Source: Bradymonadia bacterium
GTDB lineage: Bacteria > Myxococcota_A > Bradymonadia > UBA7976 > UBA1532
DNA length: 36,207 nucleotides
Reading direction: 5' to 3'
NCBI GenBank assembly: GCA_046290225.1
Contig: JBKAGE010000066.1
Span: forward strand, 1 to 36,207
In this document: piece by piece, positions 19,901-27,695 of the stretch
Layout: the number at the start of each line of letters is the position of its first letter
Numbering within the stretch: position 1 is the stretch's first letter
The notes under the pieces: model-generated
Databases searched by the model: none
Seen by the model: the letters and a program-made list of their open reading frames with translations, nothing else
Told to the model about the DNA's origin: nothing
Position numbers and translations under genes: made by a program

Positions 19901-20618
19901 CAAGCTGCCTGCGGGCACCTCCATGGCGGACCGCGTGCGGGTGCACAACCTCGGGGTGAGCCTCACGGCCCTGGGCCAGGGGATCCCGTTCTTCCACGCT
20001 GGGGTCGACATGCTGCGCTCGAAGTCCATGGAGCGCGACTCCTACGACTCCGGGGACTGGTTCAACCGCCTCGACTTCACCTACACCACCAACAACTGGA
20101 AGGTGGGCCTGCCCCGGGAAGATCAGAACGGCAGCAACTGGTCGATCATCGAAGAGATCTTCGCCGACGAGGCCATCGCCCCCACAGGGGCACACATCCA
20201 AGCCGCGGTGGCCCACATGCGCGAGATGCTGCAGGTGCGCTTTAGCACCCCGCTGTTCCGCTTGCGCACCGAGGCTGAGGTCATGACCCGAGTGGACTTC
20301 CACAACGTGGGCCCAGATCAGACGCCCGGGCTGCTCGTCATGAGCGTCACTGATGGCGTGTGTGCTGGTGAGGATCTCGATCCGGCCCACGACGGCTTGA
20401 TCGTGCTGCTCAACGCAACGCCCGAGGCGCAGCAGTTCACCGTAGACGGGCTGTCGGGCATGGTGCTGCACCCGATCCTCGCCGGGAGCGCTGACGAGGT
20501 GGTGCGTGGATCCACCTTCGCTGGTGGGACCTTCACGGTGCCTCCGCGGACGACGGCGGTCTTCGTGATGCCTCAGGAGGGTGGTCAGGGCGCTGGGTTG
20601 CCGTGTAACGGGCGTTGA
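16983..20618 (+). CDS. pulA: Lipoprotein pullulanase (alpha-1,6-glucosidase, GH13, Klebsiella PulA-type) with N-terminal CBM41-like modules
   Basis: Lipobox TFAC, CBM41-like [26 protein letters not shown], and catalytic motifs [15 protein letters not shown] and SKHDNQTL. Confidence 0.92.
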   Translation: MKQPIRLLVYAVLTACLTFACDDDETGDATPGADAAAGAGGEAGNGGAGGEAGAGGEAGMGGAGGEAGVGGAGGEAGAGGMAGAGGEGGMVIMPETFAIRYHRADGAYGDWTAEGDLAGSADDFGALYEVPLGESGTIPVQLYGPGGETLFAAPVDVNIADAPDGVWIFHGQETPMTRAPMGIPGENQVAIYYLRGDDAYEGWGLHLWGDVVEETLWSFPAPQNGIDPDFGAYWIVDVAEDGDRVNLIVHLGDEKDPGPDMGFDISDLGDIVFVVSGSTDIHPLPVQIPEFAIDGAKAFWIDADTVALDAPEGSTQFELRYAEQAGMAVEGLDIAGGETVGLSPVDGGLTEDQAATWPHLARKQAFALPGNFDRDTLLQSQLIVVARDDNGAALWATRVQMPGAIDDLYGDYDGPLGAVYGDNNAPAVYLWAPTAHDVKLLRFDEALNPIGDPVDMIRTDNGVWSAAGGADWYGTYYRYEVTVFHPVTNRVETTQVTDPYSVSLSMDGRYTHLVSLDDPTYMPEGWAQTPKPALAAPEDIALYELHIRDFSAWDETVPAAHRGKFLAFGHNGVGGADESDGMAHLKALRQAGLNTIHLLPAFDIATVIEDPEGRVEITDGFDRLCALNENVPADMCAEHGNTPIADVLASYAGDGVQAQALMNYMRNLDGFNWGYDPLHYTAPEGSYATDPHGGSRILEFRRMVQALAEVDLRVVMDVVYNHTNASGIGEKSVLDKIVPGYYHRLSVETGFVETSTCCANTATEHKMMERLMLDSLVTWARAYKVDGFRFDLMGHHMKSNMIKVRDALHALTPEVDGVVGSEIYLYGEGWNFGEVASNARGVNATQLNMAGTGIGTFSDRLRDAVRGGGPFDSEGDLVLNQGFINGLYVDPSDHPDRNLEADRAKLLELSDQIRVGLAGNLKRFRIVTRTGGTSPGSLVGYNGQPSGYTEDPQEVITYVSKHDNQTLFDNNAYKLPAGTSMADRVRVHNLGVSLTALGQGIPFFHAGVDMLRSKSMERDSYDSGDWFNRLDFTYTTNNWKVGLPREDQNGSNWSIIEEIFADEAIAPTGAHIQAAVAHMREMLQVRFSTPLFRLRTEAEVMTRVDFHNVGPDQTPGLLVMSVTDGVCAGEDLDPAHDGLIVLLNATPEAQQFTVDGLSGMVLHPILAGSADEVVRGSTFAGGTFTVPPRTTAVFVMPQEGGQGAGLPCNGR
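17091..17249 (+). repeat. Coding Gly/Ala/Glu low-complexity repeat (GAGGEAG) tether in the pullulanase
   Basis: Repeated GAGGEA units read directly after the lipoprotein N-terminus. Confidence 0.85.
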
Positions 20619-20619
20619 G

Positions 20620-20760
20620 AGCGGACGGCCGTGCTTGCGCACCGCCTGTAGCGGACGGTCATCGCCTTACGGCGACAGCCTGTAGCGGACGCCTGCTTCG
20701 GCTTCGCCTTGCAGAGCTGTAGCGGACGCTGAGTCTGCCTCCGGCAGCCTTTGCTGTAGC
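20620..20760. repeat. Intergenic array of CTGTAGCGGACG repeats separated by variable hairpin-forming spacers (REP-like)
   Basis: Full copies at 20646, 20680 and 20717, with partial copies at 20620 (AGCGGACG) and 20754 (CTGTAGC). Each spacer contains its own inverted repeat. Confidence 0.8.
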
Positions 20761-20834
20761 TTTTTTAGAGAGTGATGGTGTGGCTGGTGGGCTTCTTGAC
20801 TGTGGGCTTGAGCATTCTCAGCAGAGAGACTTGG

Positions 20835-21248
20835 TCACTGTTGAGGCGCGAGAGGCTTCGGGGGCTGCTTGATGTGCTTGAGTGGCTTGCAGGCATCCGC
20901 CACAGGGCCACAGTCCGGCATTTTGAGGCCTTCACTGCTCAAGGCCTCTTCAGCATCGTCACAGAACGCCTTCACTGAAGCGTATCGCTGCGCTGGATCA
21001 GGCTCGACCTGAGAGCCCAGGCGGGCCATGCCCTCGGCGAGCTGCCCGGCCTTGCCTCCACGTGTCCCGATCTCCTCGATGTGTTTCATCATCTTCTTCG
21101 CCACTTCGGCGCGTTGAGTGACCTCGACTGTCAGAAGCTGCTGGTATTCGGGCACCGAGCAGATGGCTTGCAGGTTCTCCTTGTTGTTGGGCTTGGAGGC
21201 GCAGCCAACGAGGGCGAGCACGAGAAGGCTCAATGCATACTTGGACAT
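20835..21248 (-). CDS. Small lipoprotein of unknown function
   Basis: MSKYALSLLVLALVGC lipobox, GGAG RBS and four additional Cys. Confidence 0.7.
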   Translation of the reverse strand: MSKYALSLLVLALVGCASKPNNKENLQAICSVPEYQQLLTVEVTQRAEVAKKMMKHIEEIGTRGGKAGQLAEGMARLGSQVEPDPAQRYASVKAFCDDAEEALSSEGLKMPDCGPVADACKPLKHIKQPPKPLAPQQ

Positions 21249-21364
21249 ATGTGGGGCTCCTGAGCGGGTCAAATGTGAAAGCGTGTGTGATACGCCATCA
21301 TTTCACGTGTCCAGCACGCGATGGATCTTCAATGCTTCGAAAGCACGTGTTCAGGCGTCGGTGT

Positions 21365-23038
21365 TCAACGGAGCTTCACGAAGGCGAACCCTCGGCCCTT
21401 GAGCCCTGCGAATGACAGTTCGCCCTTTGCCTGAGTCGGCTGACCCATCAAGCCCTCTGCGAAAATCACTTCTGCCTCTTCGCTGATCTTCACCGTGAAT
21501 GGCGTCGTCTTCTCCCCGTGGAAGTTCACTAGAAAAAGCACCTTCTCGTCGCCGTGGGTGCGGATGAGGCCCGTGAGGCCGCGATGCTTGCCCGTGATCC
21601 GAACCGGCGCCACCTCGCCGTCGGAAAGCGCCTTGTGTGAAGCGCGCACCCTGATCAAGTCGCGAAACAGGGTCCAGAGTGAGCCCGCTTTGCCCCGCTG
21701 GCTCTCGACGTCTACCCCGGGCTTCTCCGGGCGGCTGCGCCAGGGTGTGCCTGTGGTGAAGCCCCGATGATCGCCGCCGATGGTCCAGGGCATCGGCGTG
21801 CGCTTGTCTTCGTCTTGTCCTGAGGGGCCGCCGAGCATGCCCAGCTCTTCGCCGTAGTAGATGAAGGGGGAGCCTGCCTGAGCGAAGAGGGCCGCTGACG
21901 CCACCCGCATCGCCCCCGGATCTTCCCGCAGCGTGCGCATCACCCGCTTCATGTCGTGGTTCGCGAGGAAGGGCGCTTCGAAATTGCGGTCCGCGTAGGC
22001 CTTCTTCAGGCGGGGTTGTACCTGGTTGAACGAGGCCTTCAGTCCGTCGTTCGCCGACTCCCTGAGAGAGCCCGCCGTGGTGAAGCCGAAGGCCATGTGG
22101 AACTCGTCATCGTCGCCGGCGTAGGTCGCCACCGTCTCTACATCGGTCCAAATCTCGCCGATGAGCATCACTCCGGGGTGGCTCTCCTCGAGGGCCTTGC
22201 GTACGCGCTTCACCAGATCGTGGGAGGCCGGTTGATCCGAGAGCTTGCCGTCGGCGCTTTCGAAGAAGTGGCGGGCCGCGTCTACACGAAAGCCCGCCAC
22301 GCCACGATCGAGCCAGAAGCGCATCGAGCGGATCATCTCTGCTTCGACCTCGGGGTTGGCCAGGTTGAGATCGGGCATGCCCCCCCAGAAGAGGCCGTAG
22401 TAATAATCCTTCCCCGCGCGGTGCCAGACCGGCCCCGAGCCCCAGGGTTGAGTCCACCCCGGATCGTCGGCGCGCCACGTGTACCAGTCTCGGTGCTTTG
22501 ACTCCGGGCCCTTGCGCGCGGATGTGAACCAGGGGTGATCCCGACCGCTGTGGTTCATCACGAAGTCGATGATCACCTTGATGCCGCGGGCGTTCGCCGC
22601 GGCGATGAAGGCGTCGAAGTCGGCGAGGGTGCCGTACTGCGGGTTCACCCCGGTGTAGTCGGTGACGTCGTAGCCGTGATAGCTCGGCGACGGGTGGATC
22701 GGCATCAACCAGATGCCTGTGATGCCCAGGTCGGTGTCCGTGGTCGGATCGCCGTCGTTGAGGTAGTCCAGCTTTGCCGTGAGCCCCTTGAAATCACCGA
22801 TGCCGTCACCGTCGCTGTCGGCGAAGCTGCGCACGAAGATCTCGTAAAAGACCGCGTCTCGCCACCAGCGGGGCTTCAGTGTGGGTCGGGCCACAGGTGG
22901 ATCTGCCGGGTGGGCCTCAGACCCTGTGGACGCTGGTGTCTGTGCCATGGCGCCGGAGCACAACGCTGTGGTGATCCCGATGGCCAGCGTGACCGCTCTA
23001 CATGGCCTTCGGAGGGGGGCATACCTGGGCTTTGACAT
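21365..23038 (-). CDS. Secreted alpha-amylase family glycoside hydrolase (GH13)
   Basis: Signal peptide, FYEIFVRSFADSDGDGIGD, YHGYDVTDY, DFVMNH, GFRVDAARH, IGEIW and FLANHDM motifs. Confidence 0.93.
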   Translation of the reverse strand: MSKPRYAPLRRPCRAVTLAIGITTALCSGAMAQTPASTGSEAHPADPPVARPTLKPRWWRDAVFYEIFVRSFADSDGDGIGDFKGLTAKLDYLNDGDPTTDTDLGITGIWLMPIHPSPSYHGYDVTDYTGVNPQYGTLADFDAFIAAANARGIKVIIDFVMNHSGRDHPWFTSARKGPESKHRDWYTWRADDPGWTQPWGSGPVWHRAGKDYYYGLFWGGMPDLNLANPEVEAEMIRSMRFWLDRGVAGFRVDAARHFFESADGKLSDQPASHDLVKRVRKALEESHPGVMLIGEIWTDVETVATYAGDDDEFHMAFGFTTAGSLRESANDGLKASFNQVQPRLKKAYADRNFEAPFLANHDMKRVMRTLREDPGAMRVASAALFAQAGSPFIYYGEELGMLGGPSGQDEDKRTPMPWTIGGDHRGFTTGTPWRSRPEKPGVDVESQRGKAGSLWTLFRDLIRVRASHKALSDGEVAPVRITGKHRGLTGLIRTHGDEKVLFLVNFHGEKTTPFTVKISEEAEVIFAEGLMGQPTQAKGELSFAGLKGRGFAFVKLR

Positions 23039-23264
23039 CAAAACAGCCTCGCGTGGGGGTGTGACGCAGTCGGGCGCACACGGCGTTCAAATGGGGTTCG
23101 TGCCTGGGGCAAGTTAAAGAAGTCTTTGTCTTTAATGGGAAAGTTTTCAGATGGGCTCATTGCGCGCCGATGCATCCCGGCGACTGATGGTTGCAGCCGC
23201 TGTGGATAACTTGCAAAACATGCGGGGATGACCCTTTTTACAAGGTCAGTCACAGTCCTCCAAT

Positions 23265-23281
23265 TCGGCACACGGGGTGCT
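23265..23281 (+). promoter_or_regulatory. Putative sigma54 promoter of the DOMON/barrel-lipoprotein operon
   Basis: TCGGCACACGGGGTGCT with GG(23267-68)-N10-GC(23279-80), about 75 nt upstream of the start codon. Confidence 0.55.
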
Positions 23282-23353
23282 ACAGCTCGGGCTGCCATCG
23301 GGGCGTCAGGACGCACGCAGCCAGGCCGTCGAGCACACAGGAGAAGGTCAGAC

Positions 23354-26200
23354 GTGGTGAACGCCAAATCCATCATCAGCCCTCGGGCTCTCTCTGCCTT
23401 CGCCCTCTCCGGGGCGTTGCTCGGCCTGGCGGCGAGCGCCAGCGCGCAAGCGGTGGCCGGGGTGACATTGGAAGATCCCGCCGGCGACGACAAGGGCCCC
23501 GGGGCCTATGTCTACCCCACCGACAAGGTCTACAAGGCCGGCGCCTTCGACCTGCGCAAGTTCGAGGTGATCCCCAAGGGTGACACCGTCGAGTTTCGCG
23601 TCACTGTGAACAGCCGCATCGAGGACCCCTGGGATTCGAAGGCCTGGAAGGGGAACGGCTTCTCGGTGCAGATGGCGTTCATCCACATCGACACCGATCA
23701 CAAGCCGGGCTCGGGTGCCGTCGAGTCCATGCCCGGCGTGAACGTGAAGTTCCGCCCCGAAGAGGCCTGGGACAAGCTGGTCATCATCAGCCCCCAGCCC
23801 CAGAGCCGGTTGAACAGCGAGGTCGACTCCAAGGCCCCTGGTCTCAAGGACAGGGTGGTGGTGCCCAAGGTCACTCGGGCGAGCGGCAAGACCCTCATCG
23901 CCATCGTCGACGCTGCCCAGCTCGGTGGCGCCCCTCAGGCGAGCTGGGGCTACCAGGTGCTGGTGCAGTCCAACGAGGGCTTCCCCGACAAGACCGATCT
24001 GCTCACCCGGAAGGTGAACGAGTACGAGGGTCAGCACCGCTTCGGCGGCGGCAGCGACTACGACAACGATCCCCACGTCATCGACATGCTCGCCGGTGGT
24101 GGCGCCGGTGCTGCCGACGAGGCCAAGGCCCAGTTCAGCGCCCTCGACGCCTACAACAAAGAGGCGTTCGAAGGCACGACTCTCGCCGATCTGGCCACCG
24201 TGCCCATGATCTACCCCGCCGCCGGTGGTGCCGCGGCGCCTGTGGCTCAGCCGCCTGCGGCGAGCCCGAACCCGCCTGCGGCAGCGCCTCGCCCTGCGGC
24301 GCCTCGCAAGGTCGAGACCTTCGAGATGAACGGGAAGATCTACACCAAGTGGCTCTACAAGAACGACGACAGCCGGGGTTGCCTCTCACTGTCGAACCCG
24401 TTCTGGCCCGACAACATCGGCGGCAGCAACGGCGCCTGCACCGAGTTCGAGATGAACATCCGGGGCCGGGTGAGCCGCTATGTCACCGCAGGGGTGCGCA
24501 TCAAGAGCCGCTTCGGCGCCTTGTGGCAGAACTGGTGGGAGAACGGCGACACCCGCTGGGACTACCCCAACGACGATCCCTTCCACGAGAACACCTCGGG
24601 CGAGACCCTGGGCATGAACCACGCCCAGTACATGAAGCTCCGCGGCACCTTCATCCGGGCCAAGCTGCCCATCCCCACCGTGGAGTGGGTGCACATCGGC
24701 GCCAGCGATCTGTCGATGTTCAACGCCTGGACCGTGGGCAAGGTGCGCTACATCGACCGCGACAACGCCAACGGCGTGTTCTTCGAGGGCGCCTTCGACG
24801 ACCGGTTCCGCTACCACACCGCCGCCATCGCCACGCCGAAGCTCTTTGTGGGTCCCCGCTGGACCTCGGGTCTGCAGGATGCCGACCCTCTGGCGGGCTT
24901 CTGGGGCGCCGACTGGACCTACGCCTTCAAGCTCGAGGCTGATCCCACTGACGATCTCCAGGTGGAGTTCGTGGCGAGCTACGTCAACGACTACGAGGCC
25001 GACGACAACGATCCTGACGTCACTGGGGCCTCGGATGCTGATCGCGGTACTGATCGAGCCATCGACTGGGAGAACCGCTTCCAGGCCCTCAACCTCACCC
25101 TCGACGTGAGCTACTCCCCGAGCGCCTGGGACAACAAGGTGGCCATCAACGGCTTGCTGGCCTACGCCCACAACGAGCCCAACCACGATTACGCCACCAA
25201 CGGCGTGCAGAACGATCAGGGCTTCTCGCCGGTGCTGTTCCTCACCGACGAGGACGGCAACCCCGAGGCCGCCAAGGACATCGCCGGCAAGCTGCTCATC
25301 GAGTTCCTCGATCCCTTCGACAACGGCCTCAACCTCAAGATCGAGGCCTTCAGCATCGGCAGCGAGTTCAACGCCATCTTCGGCGCCCGCCGCGAGGCCG
25401 ACGTGCTGCTCACCGAAGGCATCATCACCAGCGGCTTCATCAGCGGCGGCCAGCTGCCCACCCTCAACCTCGCCAACGAGTTCGTGGACTTCGACGAGCC
25501 CTGGTACGAGTCCATCATCGGCTGGCGAGGCCTGACAGGGCTCTTGGAGTGGGTGAGCGGCTCGATCCGGACCTCGGTGGAATACACCATGATCGACTAC
25601 AACACCGATCAGCAGTTCCGGGACACGGACAACCAGTATCCCGACTTCCTCTACACCGATGGTTTCACTGATCCCCAGGCCTTCACCGCCGACTTCGACT
25701 ACTCAAACGTCTTCGATCGCGGCAGTGACCCACGCAGCGTCTACAAGCTGCATCAGTCCCGCTTCACCCAGATCGCCATCTTCAACGGCGAGACCCGTCT
25801 GCCCTACTTCGAGGACACGACGCTGAGCACCAAGCTCAAGCTCGTCCTCGACACCGACAAGCGGAACCGGACCAACACCGAGGACAACTACGACGGTCAG
25901 ATGCTTCTGGCCTACGGCATGCTGAGAACACAGTGGAACAACGAGCTCAGCACCGGTGTGGGGTACGAAATCCAGGACTGGGAAGAGAAGAACCGCTCTG
26001 GTTCGCAAGAGACCGGGTTCTTTGATTACCATACCCGCAAACACACGGGCCGCTTCGTCGCAGGGTACGATTTCGGCGGTCTGAAGTTCGGTTACCTGCT
26101 CGAGTACTTCCACAAGGACCAGGAGCGGAACCGACCCGGTGTCTCTGATCAGGCATGGCGCGTCTGGCGTTCCAAGGCCACCCTCGAAGTTGCATGGTGA
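23354..26200 (+). CDS. Glucodextranase-C/DOMON-like domain fused through a Pro/Ala linker to a putative outer-membrane beta-barrel
   Basis: Signal peptide ending ASA-Q and DPAGDDKGPGAYVYPTD...FDL DOMON-like motif. The C-terminal ~630 aa have alternating polar/hydrophobic strands and end KATLEVAW. Confidence 0.75.
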   Translation: MVNAKSIISPRALSAFALSGALLGLAASASAQAVAGVTLEDPAGDDKGPGAYVYPTDKVYKAGAFDLRKFEVIPKGDTVEFRVTVNSRIEDPWDSKAWKGNGFSVQMAFIHIDTDHKPGSGAVESMPGVNVKFRPEEAWDKLVIISPQPQSRLNSEVDSKAPGLKDRVVVPKVTRASGKTLIAIVDAAQLGGAPQASWGYQVLVQSNEGFPDKTDLLTRKVNEYEGQHRFGGGSDYDNDPHVIDMLAGGGAGAADEAKAQFSALDAYNKEAFEGTTLADLATVPMIYPAAGGAAAPVAQPPAASPNPPAAAPRPAAPRKVETFEMNGKIYTKWLYKNDDSRGCLSLSNPFWPDNIGGSNGACTEFEMNIRGRVSRYVTAGVRIKSRFGALWQNWWENGDTRWDYPNDDPFHENTSGETLGMNHAQYMKLRGTFIRAKLPIPTVEWVHIGASDLSMFNAWTVGKVRYIDRDNANGVFFEGAFDDRFRYHTAAIATPKLFVGPRWTSGLQDADPLAGFWGADWTYAFKLEADPTDDLQVEFVASYVNDYEADDNDPDVTGASDADRGTDRAIDWENRFQALNLTLDVSYSPSAWDNKVAINGLLAYAHNEPNHDYATNGVQNDQGFSPVLFLTDEDGNPEAAKDIAGKLLIEFLDPFDNGLNLKIEAFSIGSEFNAIFGARREADVLLTEGIITSGFISGGQLPTLNLANEFVDFDEPWYESIIGWRGLTGLLEWVSGSIRTSVEYTMIDYNTDQQFRDTDNQYPDFLYTDGFTDPQAFTADFDYSNVFDRGSDPRSVYKLHQSRFTQIAIFNGETRLPYFEDTTLSTKLKLVLDTDKRNRTNTEDNYDGQMLLAYGMLRTQWNNELSTGVGYEIQDWEEKNRSGSQETGFFDYHTRKHTGRFVAGYDFGGLKFGYLLEYFHKDQERNRPGVSDQAWRVWRSKATLEVAW

Positions 26201-26205
26201 GTGTC

Positions 26206-27576
26206 ATGGTATTCAAATACGTTAAAATCGCAGGCCTGATGGGTCTGGTGGGTGCCTCGCTCTCTGGATGTGGTCTCGAAGGGGCCGTCGTCGAGGCGTT
26301 GGGCGAGACGAACGAGCTGCCGGCCACCCGTATCCGGGGCTCTGCTGCGAACCAGCCTACGGCGATGACTTACACCGAGCCCAACGGTGATCTGGTCGAG
26401 GCCGTCGAGGGCCCCGACTTCAACGGCGCGAGCTTCTACATCGCGCTGCCTTCGGGGAGCTACACCAACGGTCGCCTCTCGGCGGCGAACGGTGAGCGGG
26501 TGATGACCACCCTGGTGCCCGAGCTCTTCGAAGAGAGCGCCATCGACGGCGTGGTCATCGACGCCTCCACCACCACGTCTACCCTCATCACCGACGCGGT
26601 GCTGTCTGCTGGGGGTCGCACCCTGCAGAATGTCGAGCCCCGCGAGGTGATCGAGATCTTCGACCAGATGGCTGCGGCGTATGGTGAAGAGGGCCGCGAG
26701 CAGGCGTTCCTGCGCATGGTGGAGCGGGTGCTCGAGGCCGCCTCGACCGGTGGCAACATACCGGTGTTCAACATCCCGGCCTTCGACGCCGAGTTCAACG
26801 CCACGGCCCCCACCCTCAACCCCGACTGGCTCGCCGCCCGTCAGGTAGATTACGACGGCGACGGCGCCCCCGACTCGGACGCTGCTGCCTTCGACGCCGC
26901 CCTCGGCCGAGTGGTGGAGAGCCGTCTGTCAGAGCCGGTCTGCTACGATCCGCAGCTGATCCAGGTGGTCTTCGAGGTCGACTTCAACGAGGGCCGCCTC
27001 GACGGGAACTGCGACAGCATCAACCGCTTCCGGTGGGTGCAGGACGAGCCCGGCAAGCAGATGTACTTCGTCGGCGGGGTGCACGAAGAGTCAGAGCTTC
27101 AAGATCCCATCGTCGATGCCATCCTCGGCAACACCGGCAGCTGGACCCCGAACACCGTGCCCATGTACGACGACGGCACCAACGGTGACGAGGTGGCCGG
27201 CGACAACATCTGGACCCGGGCCTTCGCCCTGCCCATCGGCATGCGCATGGGCTACAAGTACACCTGGGGCCAGCAAGGGCAGCTCTGGACCGGCAGCGAA
27301 GAGTGGCCCGGGAACCAGCACATCCTCGAGATCGTCGACGTGAACGGAGACAACTTCGTCCGCCGCCGCGACAACTTCGGCGACGAGGCCACCAACAAAG
27401 ATTTGTCCAACCTCGGTCGCGACAGCGGCGGCATGGTGACCTGGGACAGCGATCACAACGGTGATGGCATCCCCGATGTGCACGAGCGGCCCATCGACGT
27501 GGACAACGACTGCACCCTCGACGAATGGCTCACCCCCACCGCCGTGCCACCTCTCACTGTTCCCTGTGAAGAGTGA
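26206..27576 (+). CDS. Lipoprotein with a YDDGTNGDxxAGDxxW motif (choice-of-anchor X-like), putative glycan-binding
   Basis: Lipobox LSGC, PMYDDGTNGDEVAGDNIWT, Trp-rich YKYTWG region and DxDxDG Ca-binding loops. Start may be 26197. Confidence 0.7.
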   Translation: MVFKYVKIAGLMGLVGASLSGCGLEGAVVEALGETNELPATRIRGSAANQPTAMTYTEPNGDLVEAVEGPDFNGASFYIALPSGSYTNGRLSAANGERVMTTLVPELFEESAIDGVVIDASTTTSTLITDAVLSAGGRTLQNVEPREVIEIFDQMAAAYGEEGREQAFLRMVERVLEAASTGGNIPVFNIPAFDAEFNATAPTLNPDWLAARQVDYDGDGAPDSDAAAFDAALGRVVESRLSEPVCYDPQLIQVVFEVDFNEGRLDGNCDSINRFRWVQDEPGKQMYFVGGVHEESELQDPIVDAILGNTGSWTPNTVPMYDDGTNGDEVAGDNIWTRAFALPIGMRMGYKYTWGQQGQLWTGSEEWPGNQHILEIVDVNGDNFVRRRDNFGDEATNKDLSNLGRDSGGMVTWDSDHNGDGIPDVHERPIDVDNDCTLDEWLTPTAVPPLTVPCEE

Positions 27577-27695
27577 AGGTGTAAAGCGTGTAACAGGCAA
27601 AAGACTTGAAAAAGACCTCCAGGTTGCATTTCAGTGCATGCCTGGAACGTGTGAAACCTGCTGACCGGGAGCGTCAGCATGGGAGGAGCAAATAC

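Noticed and set aside
20620..20760. CRISPR array interpretation of the repeat cluster
   Set aside because: The repeat is only 12 nt, the spacers are short and self-complementary, and there are no cas genes or leader in the window.
23201..23209. Replication origin suggested by a perfect DnaA box
   Set aside because: It is a single box with no cluster, no clear unwinding element and no dnaA/dnaN context.
27580..27595. TGTAAAGCGTGTAACA as a LacI/cre-like operator
   Set aside because: Symmetry is poor, there is no second convincing copy and no LacI gene is in the window.
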